From a bacterium (GTDB taxonomy: Bacteria > UBA8248), in the NCBI GenBank assembly GCA_963692865.2, contig OY843592.1, forward strand, positions 3,200,001 to 3,264,000: 64,000 bases of DNA, given 5' to 3'. Position 1 is the stretch's first letter; each line of letters opens with the position of its first letter. The translations under genes were made by a program, and so were the position numbers. Shown here one piece after another: positions 11,518 through 19,705 of this stretch. A model generated the notes under the pieces. The model ran no database searches and was not told where the DNA came from. It saw only the letters and a program-made list of their open reading frames with translations.

Positions 11518-12297
11518 ATGCCCGATCTTATCCATGAAGCCGAGGGCGCACTCTCCATCCTGAAGTTCAACAGAAAAAACGTTCGCAACGCCATCAACGA
11601 AGAGATCATGCAGGGACTCTCAGATGCTTTGGAAAACCTAGAGGCATCTCACGAATTGAGAGCCGTTATCCTCACAGGCACGGGCGAGGAAGCGTTCTGC
11701 TCCGGGGGCGACTTGAAGTGGCTTCAGTCTTTTGAGTCCCGCGAACAGGGGATAGGCATGAGCAGGAGAATGCAGAAAATCCTGGGGCGTCTGTCCGCTT
11801 TGCCGGTACCCGTCATAGCCGTCTTGAACGGATACGCCCTCGGCGGTGGTACCGAAATCACCATGGCCTGCGACATGCGAATAATCGAAGATCACGCCTA
11901 CATGAGCTTCAAGCAAGCCCGCGTGGGTCTTATGACGGGCTGGGGAGGCGGGGGACGCCTTCTGCGCGCCATCGGCTATGGCCGCGCGATGGAACTGTTG
12001 ACGACATGTAAAGAGTTGCGCCCCGAAGATGCACTGAAGATGGGACTCGCCAATGCCGTAGTCGCCACAGGAGAGGGCCTTCGCTTCGCCAAAGCGATGG
12101 TAAAAGAAATTTCCAAAAGCGCTCCTGGGGCGATTCGTTCGTTGAAGGAATTACTCTTGTTCGGATTAGAAAATAGACTGGATAAAACGACTGATTTAGA
12201 ATCGTCGCTATTCGCGGATCTCTGGGTGTCAGAAGATCATGATGAGGCGGTAAAAGCGTTTTTTGAAAAGCGAAACCCCGTTTTCAAGGGGAGATAA
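11518..12297 (+). CDS. Enoyl-CoA hydratase/isomerase family protein
   Basis: AFCSGGDL, NGYALGGGTEITMACD, terminal FFEKRNPVFKG. Confidence 0.92.
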   Translation: MPDLIHEAEGALSILKFNRKNVRNAINEEIMQGLSDALENLEASHELRAVILTGTGEEAFCSGGDLKWLQSFESREQGIGMSRRMQKILGRLSALPVPVIAVLNGYALGGGTEITMACDMRIIEDHAYMSFKQARVGLMTGWGGGGRLLRAIGYGRAMELLTTCKELRPEDALKMGLANAVVATGEGLRFAKAMVKEISKSAPGAIRSLKELLLFGLENRLDKTTDLESSLFADLWVSEDHDEAVKAFFEKRNPVFKGR

Positions 12298-12304
12298 CTG
12301 CAAG

Positions 12305-13891
12305 ATGACAAGAGAACATCCACTAGTAAATACTCGTTCTGGTCTCGCCGTCGATAGCGCCTATGGCCCGGCAGATATGCCCCAAGACTACCGGCCGGGC
12401 AAACCAGGGGCCTATCCTCTCACACGAGGCATTCACCCCGAAATGTACAGAAAGCGCCTGTGGACGATGCGCCAGTATTCGGGTTTCGGAACCGCCGAAG
12501 AAACGAACCAGCGGTACCGCTTTCTGCTCGACGAGGGAAACACGGGGCTTTCCGTCGCTCTCGACTTGCCAACCCAACTAGGACTGGACAGTGATAATGA
12601 AAAATCAGCCGGCGAAGTCGGCAAAGTCGGCGTAGCCATCGATTCGCTGGCGGATATGGAAACTATATTTCAAGGCATCCCGCTTGATAAGATCAGCACG
12701 TCCTTCACCATCAACTCAACCGCCGCAATCCTCTACGCCATGTACGTCGCGGTCGGTAAGAAGCAAGGCGTTTCACCCACGCAACTTACAGGCACCATCC
12801 AGAACGACATCCTGAAAGAATACGTTTCCCGCGGCACTTGGATATTTCCACCTGACCCATCCCTGAGGCTGATTGTCGACACCGTTGAATATGGCGTGAA
12901 GAACACCCCGAGGTTCAACACCATCAGCGCAGCGGGCGCTCATTTCAGGGATGCCGGCGCAACCGCCGTACAGGAAGGTGGCCTTACGCTGGCGGACGCA
13001 ATCGTCTATGTGGAAAGATGCCTTGAGCGAGGGCTTGATATCGACGATTTCGCCCCCCGGCTCAGTTTTTATTTTTACACTCACATGGATTTTTTTGAAG
13101 AAATTGCCAAATACAGGGCCATGCGGACGCTTTGGGCCAAAATCATGCGAGATCGATTTGGCGCAAAAAACGAGAGAAGCCGGCTTTTCCGTTTCGGCGT
13201 CGTTTGCGGCGGCAGCACCCTCACCGCGCAAGAACCCGAAAACAACATTGTCAGAGTCACCTACGAGGCGCTGTCTGCGGTGCTCGGCGGTGCCCAAACC
13301 ATCTTCACTTGCGCTTACGACGAAGCCCTTGCGTTGCCGACCGAAGAAAGCGCCCTGCTCGCCCTGCGCACCCAGCAGATTATCGCCCATGAGAGCGGCG
13401 TGCCCGACGTGGCGGACCCCTTTGGCGGCTCATTTTACCTGGAAAATCTAACTGCCCGCATGGAAGACGAGATGGCGCGGATTATCGAAGACGTGGAAGA
13501 GCGCGGCGGCATGGTCGAGTGCATCCAGCGGGGCGTAGTGCAAAAGTGGATAGCGGAGAGCGCTTTCCGCTGGCAAAAAGCGGTGGATGTACAGGATCAG
13601 ACCATCGTCGGCGTCAATAAATACGTGAGGGAGGAACCTCCCTCTCAAGAGATATTCATGATTGACCCTGAAATTGAAGAACGCCAGAAGATACAACTGA
13701 AAAAACTGAAGAAAGAGCGAGACGCCCTGCGGGCGGAGCAATGCCTCGAACGACTGGAAGACGCCGCCCGGGGCGATGAGAACCTGATGGAGGCGATTTC
13801 CGAGGCTACGGAAGCCTATGCCACTATCGGAGAGATTACGGACGTGCTGCGCGGGGTTTTTGGAGAATTTCAGGAACCCGTGGCTTTCTGA
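12305..13891 (+). CDS. B12-dependent acyl-CoA mutase large (substrate-binding) subunit, methylmalonyl-CoA mutase family, with no B12-binding domain
   Basis: WTMRQYSGFG, GLSVALDLPT, TIQNDILKEY, DEALALPTE, DPFGGSFYLE; no DxHxxG domain. Confidence 0.9.
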   Translation: MTREHPLVNTRSGLAVDSAYGPADMPQDYRPGKPGAYPLTRGIHPEMYRKRLWTMRQYSGFGTAEETNQRYRFLLDEGNTGLSVALDLPTQLGLDSDNEKSAGEVGKVGVAIDSLADMETIFQGIPLDKISTSFTINSTAAILYAMYVAVGKKQGVSPTQLTGTIQNDILKEYVSRGTWIFPPDPSLRLIVDTVEYGVKNTPRFNTISAAGAHFRDAGATAVQEGGLTLADAIVYVERCLERGLDIDDFAPRLSFYFYTHMDFFEEIAKYRAMRTLWAKIMRDRFGAKNERSRLFRFGVVCGGSTLTAQEPENNIVRVTYEALSAVLGGAQTIFTCAYDEALALPTEESALLALRTQQIIAHESGVPDVADPFGGSFYLENLTARMEDEMARIIEDVEERGGMVECIQRGVVQKWIAESAFRWQKAVDVQDQTIVGVNKYVREEPPSQEIFMIDPEIEERQKIQLKKLKKERDALRAEQCLERLEDAARGDENLMEAISEATEAYATIGEITDVLRGVFGEFQEPVAF

Positions 13892-14019
13892 TAAACCCCA
13901 CGCCGGAACGCCCTTGCTCATCCGGGTAAAACACGGAATAATCACTATCAAGAAAAAATATCCCAAAAATAAGAGTTCAGAATCCTACACGGCATATTCA
14001 TAGGAGGTGGCGACAAAAA

Positions 14020-15888
14020 ATGTGGACAGACGCAAAAAACGGGAACAACTCGGCAACGGATTACAAGTACAGAAGCGCTGCCGTTGCTCTGAATAGCGGA
14101 GACATATCAATCGAGGAAAAATCTTGCGAGGATTTAGAAGATTTTCTGGGCGGGATCGGCAGACTTTTCAAGATTCTCTCTCATTATGACGTATCTGACC
14201 CCTACGCCCCCTCCTCCCCTCTCGTCATGGAGCTCGGCTGCTTCTCGGGCACGAACCTGATGACGGGGCTGAGAACGTTCTTCGGCGGCTACAGTCCGCT
14301 CAAAAGCACGCTCGCCGGCGCGCCTTCCGCTATGTATTCGGCAGGCTCGGGCAAATTCGGAACCAAGGTCGCCTGCGCGGGCATTGATGAAATCATCTTT
14401 ACCGGCAGGAGTGAGAAGCCCATTACGCTGGTGATCAAGAGCGATACCCTCGGCGGCCCGGCAAGCCTGGAACTCGTGGACGCCTCATCCCTTCTGGGTA
14501 TGGATTCACACGAAAAAATGATGACGCTCGCCGACGAATACGACGATGCCCACTTCGCCGTCATCGGCCCGCCAGGGGAGAATTTTGAGACGAACCGCAT
14601 GGCGTCCATTGTCCTGAGCACGGAAAATCAACTCAAAACGAGGGAATGCAAACCGAGGTTCTGCGGGCGTGGCGGTTTCGGCGGCGTGATGGGTTCCAAG
14701 AACCTCATCGCCATCGTCGCGCAGGCGCCCGACGACAAGTCGGCCGTCACGAATGTCGTCAAAGAGGCGAACAAGGTCATCTCCCGGGGCGCCGGCTCCA
14801 AAAACTACCGAGACGCCCATAAGGCAGACGGTGGCGGCGGCACGTGGCGGAACATCGCGGGTCTCCACCCGATGGGCTGTCTGCCCGAGAGAAACTTCTG
14901 GGCGCCGGGGAACGATGACGCAGTTCAACTCTACCGCGGCAGCTTTGAAGAACCCTACGTCATCAAGGACGAATCCTGCTTCAAATGCGGTATCGCGTGT
15001 CACAAAAACATCTACGACAGGCCCGAGGGAGAAACGGCCGAGGGCAGAAAAGCGAAGAAAGGTAAATTCAGGGTCAAATTCGACTATGAGCCGCTCGACC
15101 TCATCACGGCGAACTGCGGTGTCTACGACGCGGAAGAATCGCTCGAACTCGTGGAGTTGGGCGATCGGATGGGTTATGACGCCATCAGCCTGGGCGCCAC
15201 CATCAGCTACGCCATGGAGTGGAACGAGCGGAACCCCGAAAAACCCGTTCTCGACGACATCCGCTTCGGCGACGCCAAAAAGATGGAAGAATTGATTCGA
15301 AAAGCAGCGGCGGGCGAGTGCGAGGAACTGGCCCAGGGCACCATGCGTCTGGCCCAGCAATGCGGCGACCTCTCCTTCGCCATGCAGGGCAAAGGTCTCG
15401 AATACCCGGCTTATCTGCCCGAAACCAACCCCGGCTATCCCTGGGCGCTGGCCGGCGGCCACATGAGCATGCGCACGTTCCTGCTCCTCATCCTGGATGG
15501 CCAGCAAACAGACATCGATTACTGGGAAAACGCCATCCTGAACGGCATCTACTATACGCGGGACGACCTCATCGGCACCTGTAAATTCGCGGGCGCGCCC
15601 AACGAGAACATCGTCGACAGCCTGAACGACATGTTCGACATGTCGTTGACCGAAGATGACGTGAACCAGGCGATTCGACGTTCTTACCTGAGAGGGCGTT
15701 TGCTGGAGAAAAAGGTGGGCTATACCGACGAGGAATACGACGTGCCCGCCCAAGTGTATGAGAGGGTGAACGAAAACGTCAAAATGCCCAGTTTCATCAC
15801 GCGCGAGTTCATGGATGAGCTCAAAAAACGAACCGAGGCGAATTGGGACAGGCTCACGGAAGAAGAAGGAATCGCCCTTCCCGCCTAA
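14020..15888 (+). CDS. Aldehyde:ferredoxin oxidoreductase (W/Mo) family
   Basis: GRGGFGGVMGSKNL, CxxCxxxC (CFKCGIAC), GYDAIS, KGLEYPAY. Confidence 0.85.
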   Translation: MWTDAKNGNNSATDYKYRSAAVALNSGDISIEEKSCEDLEDFLGGIGRLFKILSHYDVSDPYAPSSPLVMELGCFSGTNLMTGLRTFFGGYSPLKSTLAGAPSAMYSAGSGKFGTKVACAGIDEIIFTGRSEKPITLVIKSDTLGGPASLELVDASSLLGMDSHEKMMTLADEYDDAHFAVIGPPGENFETNRMASIVLSTENQLKTRECKPRFCGRGGFGGVMGSKNLIAIVAQAPDDKSAVTNVVKEANKVISRGAGSKNYRDAHKADGGGGTWRNIAGLHPMGCLPERNFWAPGNDDAVQLYRGSFEEPYVIKDESCFKCGIACHKNIYDRPEGETAEGRKAKKGKFRVKFDYEPLDLITANCGVYDAEESLELVELGDRMGYDAISLGATISYAMEWNERNPEKPVLDDIRFGDAKKMEELIRKAAAGECEELAQGTMRLAQQCGDLSFAMQGKGLEYPAYLPETNPGYPWALAGGHMSMRTFLLLILDGQQTDIDYWENAILNGIYYTRDDLIGTCKFAGAPNENIVDSLNDMFDMSLTEDDVNQAIRRSYLRGRLLEKKVGYTDEEYDVPAQVYERVNENVKMPSFITREFMDELKKRTEANWDRLTEEEGIALPA

Positions 15889-15905
15889 AGCATCTGCTCT
15901 AAATC

Positions 15906-15942
15906 AAAAACGCCCTCCAGCGGTGTTCCCTGGGGGGCGTTT
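15906..15942. terminator. Hairpin between the convergent AOR and queE genes
   Basis: AAACGCCCTCCAG...CTGGGGGGCGTTT stem. Confidence 0.6.
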
Positions 15943-15982
15943 CCTTGTCATCGGATACTATCGAATTCTCTGTTGCGTAAAG

Positions 15983-16687
15983 CTAGACCCCCCGCTTGTC
16001 ACCCCACAGCATGACGTGAAGCCGGGGGGTGAACCGAAAACCCCGCTCCATGGAAGCCTCCGCCAGGAAAAATAATCTGTGCTCCATCTGCTCGCGCGTA
16101 TTACCTCCAGGCGAGATGATGACGCGGCTCCGCGGGAAATTACAAAAGCCGTATTTTTCGAGAACAGCCTCGACTTCATCGAGTTCATCCGCCCGATGAA
16201 CCACGAATTTAAGATAGGGTTCTTTGGCTCGGCGCAGCCAGTCGAGAGTTTTGGGCTGTTTTTCCTCTGAAATCCGGGCCGATTTCAGCTTGGGCGAGAC
16301 GTTCCATTGATCCACCATTTCGAGGACTTCTTCAGACGGCTGAACATGGCCGGCCGTTTCCACCTCCACCCTCAGACCCGCATCATGGAGCGACTCGACA
16401 AGTGTCGGGAATTGCGGGGATTCGAGCGGCTCTCCCCCCGTCACCACCACCTGGGCGCCTTCGTGTTCCTCACAAAAATCAAGAATTTCAGGGATCGTTT
16501 TCTCCTCCGCCGGAGGCCCCGACCAGGAATACTTCGTATCGCACCAGGCGCAGCCCACCGAGCAGCCCATGAGGCGAACGAAGACGGACGGGCGGCCGAT
16601 GGTCGCGCCCTCACCTTGTAAAGAGAAAAAAAGCGGATCCGCAAGCGATACCCTGAAATCCGCTTTTTCCTTGATTTTTATCATCAC
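15983..16687 (-). CDS. queE: 7-carboxy-7-deazaguanine synthase (radical SAM)
   Basis: FFSLQGEG, CSVGCAWCDTKYSW, TGGEP, NVSPKL, PRLHVMLWG. Confidence 0.9.
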   Translation of the reverse strand: MMIKIKEKADFRVSLADPLFFSLQGEGATIGRPSVFVRLMGCSVGCAWCDTKYSWSGPPAEEKTIPEILDFCEEHEGAQVVVTGGEPLESPQFPTLVESLHDAGLRVEVETAGHVQPSEEVLEMVDQWNVSPKLKSARISEEKQPKTLDWLRRAKEPYLKFVVHRADELDEVEAVLEKYGFCNFPRSRVIISPGGNTREQMEHRLFFLAEASMERGFRFTPRLHVMLWGDKRGV

Positions 16688-16762
16688 GCCAGACCCGCTT
16701 CTTCACCCATGGTCTGAGGCTCTCGACGCAAGGATCGAAAGCGTAATAACACCGATCCCCGA

Positions 16763-17044
16763 CTAGCCCAACGCCGCCGCTACGATCAGCCCGACGGCCA
16801 GGAAAATCGCGCCCACGACGATACCGACCGCCCTGTTTTGGTCTTTCGACAGCGCATCGTTCACCGAGAATGGCGTGATCCACTCGAAAATCTTGTACCC
16901 GATCATCAACAACGCGATGCCGACCAAGCCATAGACAATCGAAAGGAAGAGACCCGTGCCAATCCCCATTTTAGGCATTCCCTGGGCGAGCGCCAGGGTT
17001 GGCGTCATCAGGCTCAAAGCGGTTGCAATCGCGAACTTTTTCAT
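16763..17044 (-). CDS. DUF350-like small membrane protein
   Basis: Hydrophobic helices with FEWITPF...NRAVGIV. Confidence 0.75.
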   Translation of the reverse strand: MKKFAIATALSLMTPTLALAQGMPKMGIGTGLFLSIVYGLVGIALLMIGYKIFEWITPFSVNDALSKDQNRAVGIVVGAIFLAVGLIVAAALG

Positions 17045-17075
17045 GTGGCAAACTCCTTGTCGAGTGAAAGAAAAT

Positions 17076-17504
17076 TCAACGTCGAGACATCATTCTCATA
17101 ATGAAAATCAGGATGATGGGGAAGAGAAGCATCCGCCCCAAGCCGAGAAGGCCGAACCCGCCGAATCCCCAACCCCCCAGCATTCCCAAACCCATCCCCA
17201 TGCCGAAACCGCCCAATCCGCGCCGGCCCGCGAACCCCCGGCTGTAGCCCCGGCCATAGCTTCGTCTGGAGAAAGAGCGCGCCCCGAAAGAACGCATGCG
17301 CCCGAAGCCGCCGAACGAACGGCCCCCGCCGAAGCGTCTGGCTTCCGCGATGGATGGATGAAGCACGGCGGCGGTGATGGCGGAGACTCCTATGGCGCCG
17401 CGTGCGATGGGCGTCAACGACACGGGGGCAAGCGCAATGAATGCGCCCGCAACAACGACCGAGAGACAGTAAACGGGGCGAAACAAACACGGCGCTGTTT
17501 TCAA
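17076..17504 (-). CDS. Gly/Arg-rich hypothetical membrane or exported protein
   Basis: AEARRFGGGRSFGG after a hydrophobic N-terminus; C-terminal TM helix; co-oriented with the DUF350 gene. Confidence 0.6.
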   Translation of the reverse strand: MKTAPCLFRPVYCLSVVVAGAFIALAPVSLTPIARGAIGVSAITAAVLHPSIAEARRFGGGRSFGGFGRMRSFGARSFSRRSYGRGYSRGFAGRRGLGGFGMGMGLGMLGGWGFGGFGLLGLGRMLLFPIILIFIMRMMSRR

Positions 17505-17581
17505 TGCGGCCTCGCGTAAGGGGCGATCAAATCAACGGCAGTAGCCTAGCAGGGCATGCCCGATTTCTCAATCATTCGTTC

Positions 17582-18361
17582 TTAATCCCATCTCCGGCCG
17601 GGCATATGGTTGTAGACGCTGTTCAGGATGCCGCCGTCGATGTCGAGACGCGAAGCCGTAATCCAGTCGGATTCCTCCGACAGCAGGAACAAGATGCCGT
17701 GCGCGATGTCCACCGGCTGGCCGACGCGCCCGAGCGGCGTCACGTCGCTCCTGCCTTTTTTGATCTCGGGGTCCTGCAGATAGGCGGTGAGCGGCGTTTC
17801 GGTGTGGCCGGGGCACACGGCGTTCACGCGGATTCCCTTGCGCGCCCATTCGATGCCCAACTGCTTCGAAAGCATGATGATGCCCGCCTTCACCGTGCTG
17901 TACGCGCCCGACATCCCGTAGGGCTGAACCCCTGCGTTCGACGACAGATTCACCATGACGCCCGGCCTTTCGTTCTCTATCAGCCAGCGGCCCGCCGCCT
18001 GACACATCAGGAACATGCCCGTAAGACCCACGTCCAGCACCATTTTCCAGCTCGCCAGGGGCAGATCGACCAGCGGGGCGGGGTCCATCTTGATGGCGCA
18101 GTTCACGAGGTGGTTCAGGCCGCCGAACTCGCCCACCGCGCGCTCCACCGCCGCCCGGCAGGACGCCTCGTCCGTCACGTCGAGCCGCTGGAACACCGCC
18201 TTGTCCCTGCCGAGCTCGGCCTCCAGTTCGACGCCCAACTCCTCGTTCACGTCGCCGATGAGAACGCGGCCGCCCTGCTCCACGTACATCTCGCAAGTCT
18301 TGGCGCCGATGCCCCGGGCGCCCCCGGCGACGATGCAGACATCTCCATCGAAACGGCCCAT
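17582..18361 (-). CDS. SDR family oxidoreductase
   Basis: AGGARGIG, YSTVK (YxxxK), NAVCPG. Confidence 0.92.
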   Translation of the reverse strand: MGRFDGDVCIVAGGARGIGAKTCEMYVEQGGRVLIGDVNEELGVELEAELGRDKAVFQRLDVTDEASCRAAVERAVGEFGGLNHLVNCAIKMDPAPLVDLPLASWKMVLDVGLTGMFLMCQAAGRWLIENERPGVMVNLSSNAGVQPYGMSGAYSTVKAGIIMLSKQLGIEWARKGIRVNAVCPGHTETPLTAYLQDPEIKKGRSDVTPLGRVGQPVDIAHGILFLLSEESDWITASRLDIDGGILNSVYNHMPGRRWD

Positions 18362-18376
18362 GCGGAACCTCCTCTC

Positions 18377-19183
18377 TCAAGTCGTCCTGTATGTGATTTC
18401 CCTGCCGCCCCAGTTCCTGCCGGGCGTATGGATCATCTTGCTCTCCACCTGTCCGCCGTCGATGGGCAGGTTCGCCGCCGTGATGTACCTCGCCCGCTCC
18501 GAGAGCAGGAACACGCACCCCTCCGCGATGTCCTCGGGCGTCGCCACGCGGCCCATCGGCACGACGGCGGCGCGGCCGGCGGCGGTCTCGGGGTCCTGGA
18601 ACATGGCCTCGGTCATCGGGGTGCGCACCTGGCCGGGCGAGACGGTGTTCGCGCGGACGCCGCGTCCGCCCCACTCCACGCCGAAGAGCTTGCTCAGCAT
18701 GATGGCCCCCGCCTTGCATATGCTGTATGCGCCCGCCAGGGGGTATGTCTGCATCCCGCCGATGGAGGAGACGAAGACGATTGCTCCGCTCCCCTTCTCC
18801 AGCATCACCCGTCCCGCCGCCTGGGCGCAGAGGAAATAGCCCTTGAGCCCGATGTCCATCACCATGTCCCAGTCGGCCTCTGGCAGGTCTTCGAGCTTTC
18901 CGGGCACGAGCTTGATGGCGCAGCAGACGAGGCCGTCTATCGTCCCGAAGGCGCCAGCGGCTTCGGCCGCCATGCGCTCGGCGTCGGCCTTTTTCGAAGT
19001 GTCCATCTCGATCAGGATCGCCTTAACGCCTTGTTTTTCAACCATGGAGACCGTCTCGGCGGCGGTCTCAACGTTGATGTCGGCCACGGCGACGTCCGCG
19101 CCCTCGCTTGCGGCGAGAACGCACGTGGCGCGGCCGATGCCGCTGCCGCCTCCCGTGACGATGACCTTCTTGCCTTCGAGCAT
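18377..19183 (-). CDS. SDR family oxidoreductase (paralog of the adjacent SDR)
   Basis: TGGGSGIG, YSICK, NTVSPG; shares CAIK and the C-terminal H.PGR.W with its neighbour. Confidence 0.92.
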   Translation of the reverse strand: MLEGKKVIVTGGGSGIGRATCVLAASEGADVAVADINVETAAETVSMVEKQGVKAILIEMDTSKKADAERMAAEAAGAFGTIDGLVCCAIKLVPGKLEDLPEADWDMVMDIGLKGYFLCAQAAGRVMLEKGSGAIVFVSSIGGMQTYPLAGAYSICKAGAIMLSKLFGVEWGGRGVRANTVSPGQVRTPMTEAMFQDPETAAGRAAVVPMGRVATPEDIAEGCVFLLSERARYITAANLPIDGGQVESKMIHTPGRNWGGREITYRTT

Positions 19184-19390
19184 GGCGCGCGATCCTCCAA
19201 AGGTTGATTATTCAATGTGTTACGGCTCCTGGCCGCCCCGTGAACCCTATTCTACGCGAGAGAGGCCCACCGGGCCAGCCCCTTCCCGACCGGGCGCTTA
19301 CGAAAATTTTATATTATTATAAAACAACAATTTACATTTGATACCTGATTCGATTTCGAGACCTTCGGGGCGGACGCAGGTTTTCAGAAA

Positions 19391-19432
19391 AACCACGTTA
19401 ATTTATCCAATAACCACGCTAATTTATCCAAT
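19391..19432 (+). repeat. Tandem 21-bp duplication at the island left junction
   Basis: AACCACGTTAATTTATCCAAT (19391-19411) / AACCACGCTAATTTATCCAAT (19412-19432). Confidence 0.9.
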
Positions 19433-19494
19433 TTTATCGAATTATCCAGCATGTGAAAACCAAGTCGTTGTTTTCAATCCGGTTGGGAGTCCAC

Positions 19495-19552
19495 GAGGAC
19501 AAATGTAATCAAGACGCAAGCGGGTTGGTTACGACCCCTGCGCACCCTGTCG
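19495..19552 (+). repeat. Copy A of the conserved non-coding att-arm-like element
   Basis: ATGTAATCAAGACGCAAGCGGGTTGGTTACGACCCCTGCGCA; 37/50 ungapped identity to copy D by hand count. Confidence 0.75.
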
Positions 19553-19643
19553 CGGCCGGGTCGCGGCGACGGACCGAAAAGTCCGGGCGGCCCGCGCCGC
19601 CGCCGCCATCCGGGTCGGCCGGATATCCCTACGCATCCGTGGC

Positions 19644-19678
19644 AAAAAAGGGCGCCGCGGGACCGCTCCCGCGGCGCC
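19644..19678 (-). terminator. Intrinsic terminator of the autotransporter gene
   Basis: 12-bp stem GGCGCCGCGGGA/TCCCGCGGCGCC followed by a T6 run on the minus strand. Confidence 0.8.
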
Positions 19679-19705
19679 TCCCGCCTCATTCGCCGCTGGC
19701 GCGGC

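Noticed and set aside
19402-19450. Clustered TTATCCA motifs as DnaA boxes/oriC
   Set aside because: None matches TTATCCACA fully, there are no origin-linked genes, and att-core scars explain them better.
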